A stretch of 62,726 nt of DNA, filler included, from Choristocarpus tenellus KU-1152 (taxonomy: Eukaryota > Protista > Phaeophyceae): NCBI GenBank assembly GCA_964200185.2. It is 12 parts of 12 records of this genome, joined end to end, with 100 filler letters (N's around TTAATTAATTAA, not from the genome) between each part and the next. Parts side by side here need not be neighbours in the genome. Positions count along the whole stretch, not along the records: positions 46,785 to 59,524 come from CAXNAD020001722.1; positions 59,625 to 62,726 come from CAXNAD020022313.1; 10 more parts are not named here. One strand, given 5' to 3'. Below, one piece after another: positions 58,250-62,726 of this stretch. A program made the translations under genes and the position numbers. The stretch's first letter is position 1. Every line of letters begins with the position of its first letter. The notes under the pieces were generated by a model. It did not search any database and was not told where the DNA came from. It saw only the letters and a program-made list of their open reading frames with translations.

Positions 58250-59175
58250 GGTGATGTTGTTGGTGACTTGGGCAACCTTGGGTGCTGCTTTGGTGTGATG
58301 TGCATAGGCTATCACAGCTTCCTTGGAATGGCATTCAACGATGAACCTCGTTGTGCCGCTAGCCACACACCCATACCCCGCCTGCTGGTTTTTGAATTCG
58401 CGCTTCAAACCTCAACTCCAATCCCAAACTTATCAATTCGTCCTGGCGACATGTCCATCAGTTCTTCTCTTGTCCACCTTGCTCATTTTCCATTTACCAG
58501 TTCCCCAAAGATCAATATCTTTGGAAAGTCACTCATCCTCCATGTGAGTAACTGACTCTGCAAATAGGAGCCTCCTCTTACATACTATTGCCTTGATACT
58601 CTCACACTCAGTCCTCATAAGAGGATCTTCGTAGGAGACGACAAAATTGATGCGTTCCTGTTTGCTGAATCTTGTGTAGTAGAGGAGGAATTCATGGTGA
58701 TGTAAGTGGAACTTCAGATAATCAGCCTGGCGGAGTGTATGCGTCATACAACCATATAGCCGAAGTACTTTAATTTTAGCATTCGAATCTTATGCTCAAG
58801 TGAGACACCTGAGGTCCTGTCATAAAGAACCTGGCTATATTTACAAAAGCAGCTCAAAGTTTTCTGACTCCTTCGGCTAATCTCAGTAGTAATTAGTGTC
58901 AGTGCCCAGAGTTAGCAAAATTTTCAGTCTGCTTATAGGTCTTGTCCAATGCCGGAAATTTCATAGTTGTGGATTTACCAGGGACAAATCCACTGCTGTT
59001 CGTCCTGGGGCTGATGGGGCACAGAGGCTACTAACTCGCAAGGCTTTCCTTCTTCTTCCCCCAGTACACCTCCCCCCTATTTCCCATGCATAGCATTGCG
59101 CCCTGGTGAAACCTGAGATTGAATGGATCGCGCTTTGTTGTGCAGTAACAGGTTTTGTAGATAAGGGGCGTCATA
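58250..59175 (-). mobile_element. Degenerate RTE-type LINE, C-terminal part of ORF
   Basis: YSQVLYDR..SLEHKIRMLK..LYGCMTHTLRQADY...HHEFLL...SYEDPLMRTECESIKAIVCKRRLLFAESV...LSK resembles the RTE C-terminus (LYGCxTW..., RKRxLxFAG). Confidence 0.7.
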
Positions 59176-59455
59176 TGTTCGTAGATAGTGCTGCTGATAC
59201 ACTATAAACACCATCGGTGGAGTAGAATAGGAAAGATAAACACCACGAGTGAGTGGAGTAATGGAGTAATGGAGGAAAAGTAGTGACAGATATATGTTTC
59301 GGTATATCTTAATTGAAGTCTGCACATATTATATATGATGCAGTGATTGTATTATATTTTCTGATGATTGTGTTGTTTTCTGATTGCAGTATTATTTTTT
59401 TATTGTGATATTATTTTCTGATTATCCAAGTGGACGTTGCAAACCCCTCATAACA
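59176..59455. mobile_element. Partial LTR of the same family as the solo LTR at 12152
   Basis: tgttcgtagatagtgctg.tgatacactata.acaccatcggtggagtaga and ctgattatcca.gtggacgttgcaaa shared with 12152..12823. Confidence 0.8.
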
Positions 59456-59720
59456 GCCAATTCTCAAAATTGAGGATGGAGCGGGACTATGAGGATGGTT
59501 GTTTTGCGAAAACGGACTTTAAAANNNNNNNNNNNNNNNNNNNNNNNNNNNNNNNNNNNNNNNNNNNNTTAATTAATTAANNNNNNNNNNNNNNNNNNNN
59601 NNNNNNNNNNNNNNNNNNNNNNNNCCCCCCCCCCCCCCTCCCCCCCTCCCCCCTCCCCCCCCCCCCTCCCTCCGGGCTCCCCCCCCCCCCCCCCCCCCCC
59701 CATGTCCCCGGCAATGAAAG

Positions 59721-62552
59721 GTATCAGTAATGCACCGTGGTCAGGTTCTGGTTGACCTCTGTGCCGGGACGCAGGGTCCACTGGACCCCAGGCCAGTCCG
59801 CCCCAACACTCTGTTCTGTGTGTTTAGCGCAGGGAAGGGGGTGTGTGCCACAGCGATTCACCTTCTTGTGGACAGGGGCTTGGTTCGGTACGACCAACGA
59901 TTGGTGGAGTTCTGGCCGGAGTTTGGTGTGAAGGGTAAGGAGAACACTACGGTGAGTGTCCATGTTTGTTGTGTCCATGTTTGTTGTGTGCTTGGTTTGT
60001 GTGTGTGTGTGTGTGATGTGCATGAGCGAGCTTAATTTGATAGTAGGGTTAGGGGTGTGTTGGGTTTTGTTAGTACGCTTGAGGGCATGTTGCGGCTGCC
60101 CTTTTTTTTCTGGCTTTGGCCTTGCAATGTTTTGGTGTGATACGGAGAGGAGGTCTTGCTTCAGGTCGAGAGCATCAATACCTGTGGGAATGAGGCGGAG
60201 GTAGTTTTGTGAAGGGTGTGGGGGAGAGATGAGCAATGGACACGCCTTCTGTATGAGAAGCGTGTGTTGGTGTAGATCCCCTCTCCTCGTCGATATAGAT
60301 ATTTCTGAGTGTTGGTAGGTGTCATACGTTCTATTGATATTTGGTTAGGTGTAATAATCAGATTGCTCGTGTTGGTAATAGGTTCGATTATCCCTTCAGT
60401 AGTGCTGGCAATATTATGTATTTTATTATATTAGCCCTCTCACGCATTTAAATTCAAATTATTGCACTCCCAATAACATAATGCAGTGAAAGAGAGGTAA
60501 CCCCACCCCCCCCCCCCCCCCCCCCCCCCCCCCNNNNNNNNNNAACACTTCGGCCCCCACAGAAAATCATATCGCGTAGAAGGGTTCCCCCCCCCCCCCC
60601 CCCCCCAGCACCTTTCCCTCCGGACGTTTTTACAACCGCTGACCTGTACATGACAGCAATGCATAATGCAGCACTATGCTGAGGAAACCCTTGCCTATCC
60701 CTAACCCTTCTCATACCCATTACAACCACAACACAAAACGCAGTAGTACACTTGGGAAAACCCTAGCCTCTGTTCCGTCTACAACCCACCCTCCCCATTC
60801 TTGAATCTCTAGCTCCATGTTGTACTCCCTGACTTCCCCCTGCCGCCATCTTCTCCATTCCATTCCATGCCGAACGTCAATAAAAGGTACGGCATGTGCT
60901 GACCCACTCCACCGGCCTTCAACACGCCTTCCCGGATTCACCGACTTTTGACAACCTATGTGACTGGGAGAGCATGATGGCTACTCTGGAGGGGACCCCC
61001 CCCGCTTGGCCACCCGGGTCCCGCTCGTCGTACCACTACTTCACCTTTGGTTGGCTCACCGCTGGAGTCGTGGAACATGTGTCCGGAATGACCTTTCCCC
61101 AGGTGTGTGTGTGTATGTATGCATATGAGTGTGTGTGTGTGTGTGTGTGTGACTGGTAGGGAATTGGGAGTGGAGGGAGGGAGAGTTGAAGTTATCGTTG
61201 ATATTGTATATGCTGCAGAGTGCAATGGTTGGGCAGGGTTGGGAGGGGGGGGGGGGATTGCATGTATAATTTGTGCTTTTTTTTATTTGGTGGTTGTTGA
61301 GGTGACTACTGGTACTGGAATCTGAAATTTTAAAAAATACTTTCTCCTCCAACTTGCATTCCTAATGTATCCTGAATGAGCCTGCTTGTTGCATTTTTTG
61401 TCTGAACTCTCTCATCCCTTTGTTCCTTTGAAGTTTGTGAGAACACAGATGGCCGTGCCTCTAGGCCTGGAGGATAGCTTCTTCATGGGGGATTTGGGAA
61501 CCATGGGGATACCGGATGAACGCATCGCCTCGGTGGAGCATGCTCTTCCAGTCGGGATTGCTCCGGGATCTGGAGAGAGTTCTGAGGGAGGGGGAGGCGT
61601 ATCATCTCCAGTTGGAGTGGGAGAGGAGGAGGAGGAGGAGGAGGAGGGCGTGGGAAGGGCTCTGGGGATGTTGGGAGAGATGGCTAAGGCTGTGAAGGAG
61701 GAGGATCCAGAGGAAGGTGCTGCGCTGGAAGACCTGTCCAGGAAATTGAGGGGAAGGGAGTACTTGCTGGATCCACGAGTTTTTAATTATCGACAGGTGA
61801 GGAGGGGAGGGGGGAAGAGGAGAAGTAGAAGGAAGAGGAAGCAGAAGAGGATTTTTCTTTTTTTTCTTATGTGCGTGTGTGTGTGTGTTTTTTTTTGGGG
61901 GGGGGGTTTTCAGTGTACGACATTTGGTATTTAGTGTTTTCTGGGATAGGGGGGAGGGGGTTAATTAGGTCAAGTTGCTTTGAAGTAATGGTTGGTCTGT
62001 ATCTGTGCCATGCTGAGGAGGTGAGGAGTGTGATGGTGGTACAGTGTTACAGTAGTGATAGTTGCTTCCAGGGTGTTCCTACTTTGCACCAATGTAATCT
62101 TCTGTCTACTTCAAGTATGTTTTTGCTGCAACCTCCCTCACCCCATTAATCATCGCCATTAGTACTATTATATTACTATTGCTGTTATTATCATTACTAC
62201 TCTACTTGAAAGAGCATTTAAATGTAAAGTTTTGAGGTAAGCGCACAATCCCCACCCCTTTCCCATAGTTGCGACTCTCATCCTACTGTTTTTGATGTGC
62301 ATGTATGTGGTCCTCCTAAAGATGCGGGAGGCATGTATCCCTGCAGCTAATGGGCACTTCACAGCCCGGGCACTGGCTACCCTCTATGACAATTTCCTCA
62401 CCTCCATGGGACTGAGCGCAGGCGTTGCTGCAATGGCTCGAGAGGAAGGAGGGAGGGGCGACATGTTGGAGGATGTGTCTGTTGGAATAGGAGTGGCGGA
62501 TGCACCACCTTTGCTCAGTCGAACAAGGGTCAATGAGATGCGGGCATATCAG
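59721..62552 (+). CDS. Serine beta-lactamase/transpeptidase-like (class C esterase) domain protein, exons 59721..59951, 60887..61102, 61434..61796, 62322..62552
   Basis: LFCVFSAGK (SxxK), EFWPEFG..GKENTT/VRHVLTHSTGL, PPGSRSSYHYFTFGWL, PLGL, IPAANGHFTARALA; GT-AG phase-0 introns; both ends outside the contig. Confidence 0.9.
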
Positions 62553-62726
62553 GTGCATTGATTGTAGTGGGTTCAGCAATAAGAAGAAAGAAAAATAGTT
62601 TGAAAAACAAAACAAAACAAAACAGGCCAAGGTGCGAATGTCGTATGTTTTTTTTCATGTTCAGAAGGAATTGGTGAATGCTCTTCAGGGCTTCTGCCCT
62701 CCTGACAGCCACCCCCCCCCCACCCC

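Noticed and set aside
58450-58800. LRLYGC as a Copia integrase motif
   Set aside because: The surrounding residues fit the RTE LINE C-terminus much better.

Overview
Eukaryotic, intron-rich genomic scaffold, most likely from a brown alga or close stramenopile relative. This is inferred from a vanadium-haloperoxidase-like exon, 72-nt single-repeat LRR exons, a heterokont-type plastid presequence, RTE-type LINE remnants and TTAGGG repeats. Eleven artificial N..TTAATTAATTAA..N spacers split the window into 12 contigs, so adjacency across them is uncertain. Hand-spliced genes are two convergent ankyrin paralogues, an EML-like WD40 gene, a type-B carboxylesterase, a probable PH+FN3 protein, an LRR protein, a serine beta-lactamase-like protein and a U6 snRNA. 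Transposons include DD40D plant-mariner-like copies, a solo LTR, a deleted Copia and LINE remnants. The most striking signal is two related, abundant MITE families (about 24 copies or ends). Their termini are bipartite (AAAGTATCT box, spacer, GTCCATTTGGGG box) with a short/long spacer asymmetry of about one helical turn (16/26 and ~17/27 nt), reminiscent of the 12/23 RSS rule, and they carry 3-4 bp TSDs. All calls come from reading the sequence; no database searches were run.
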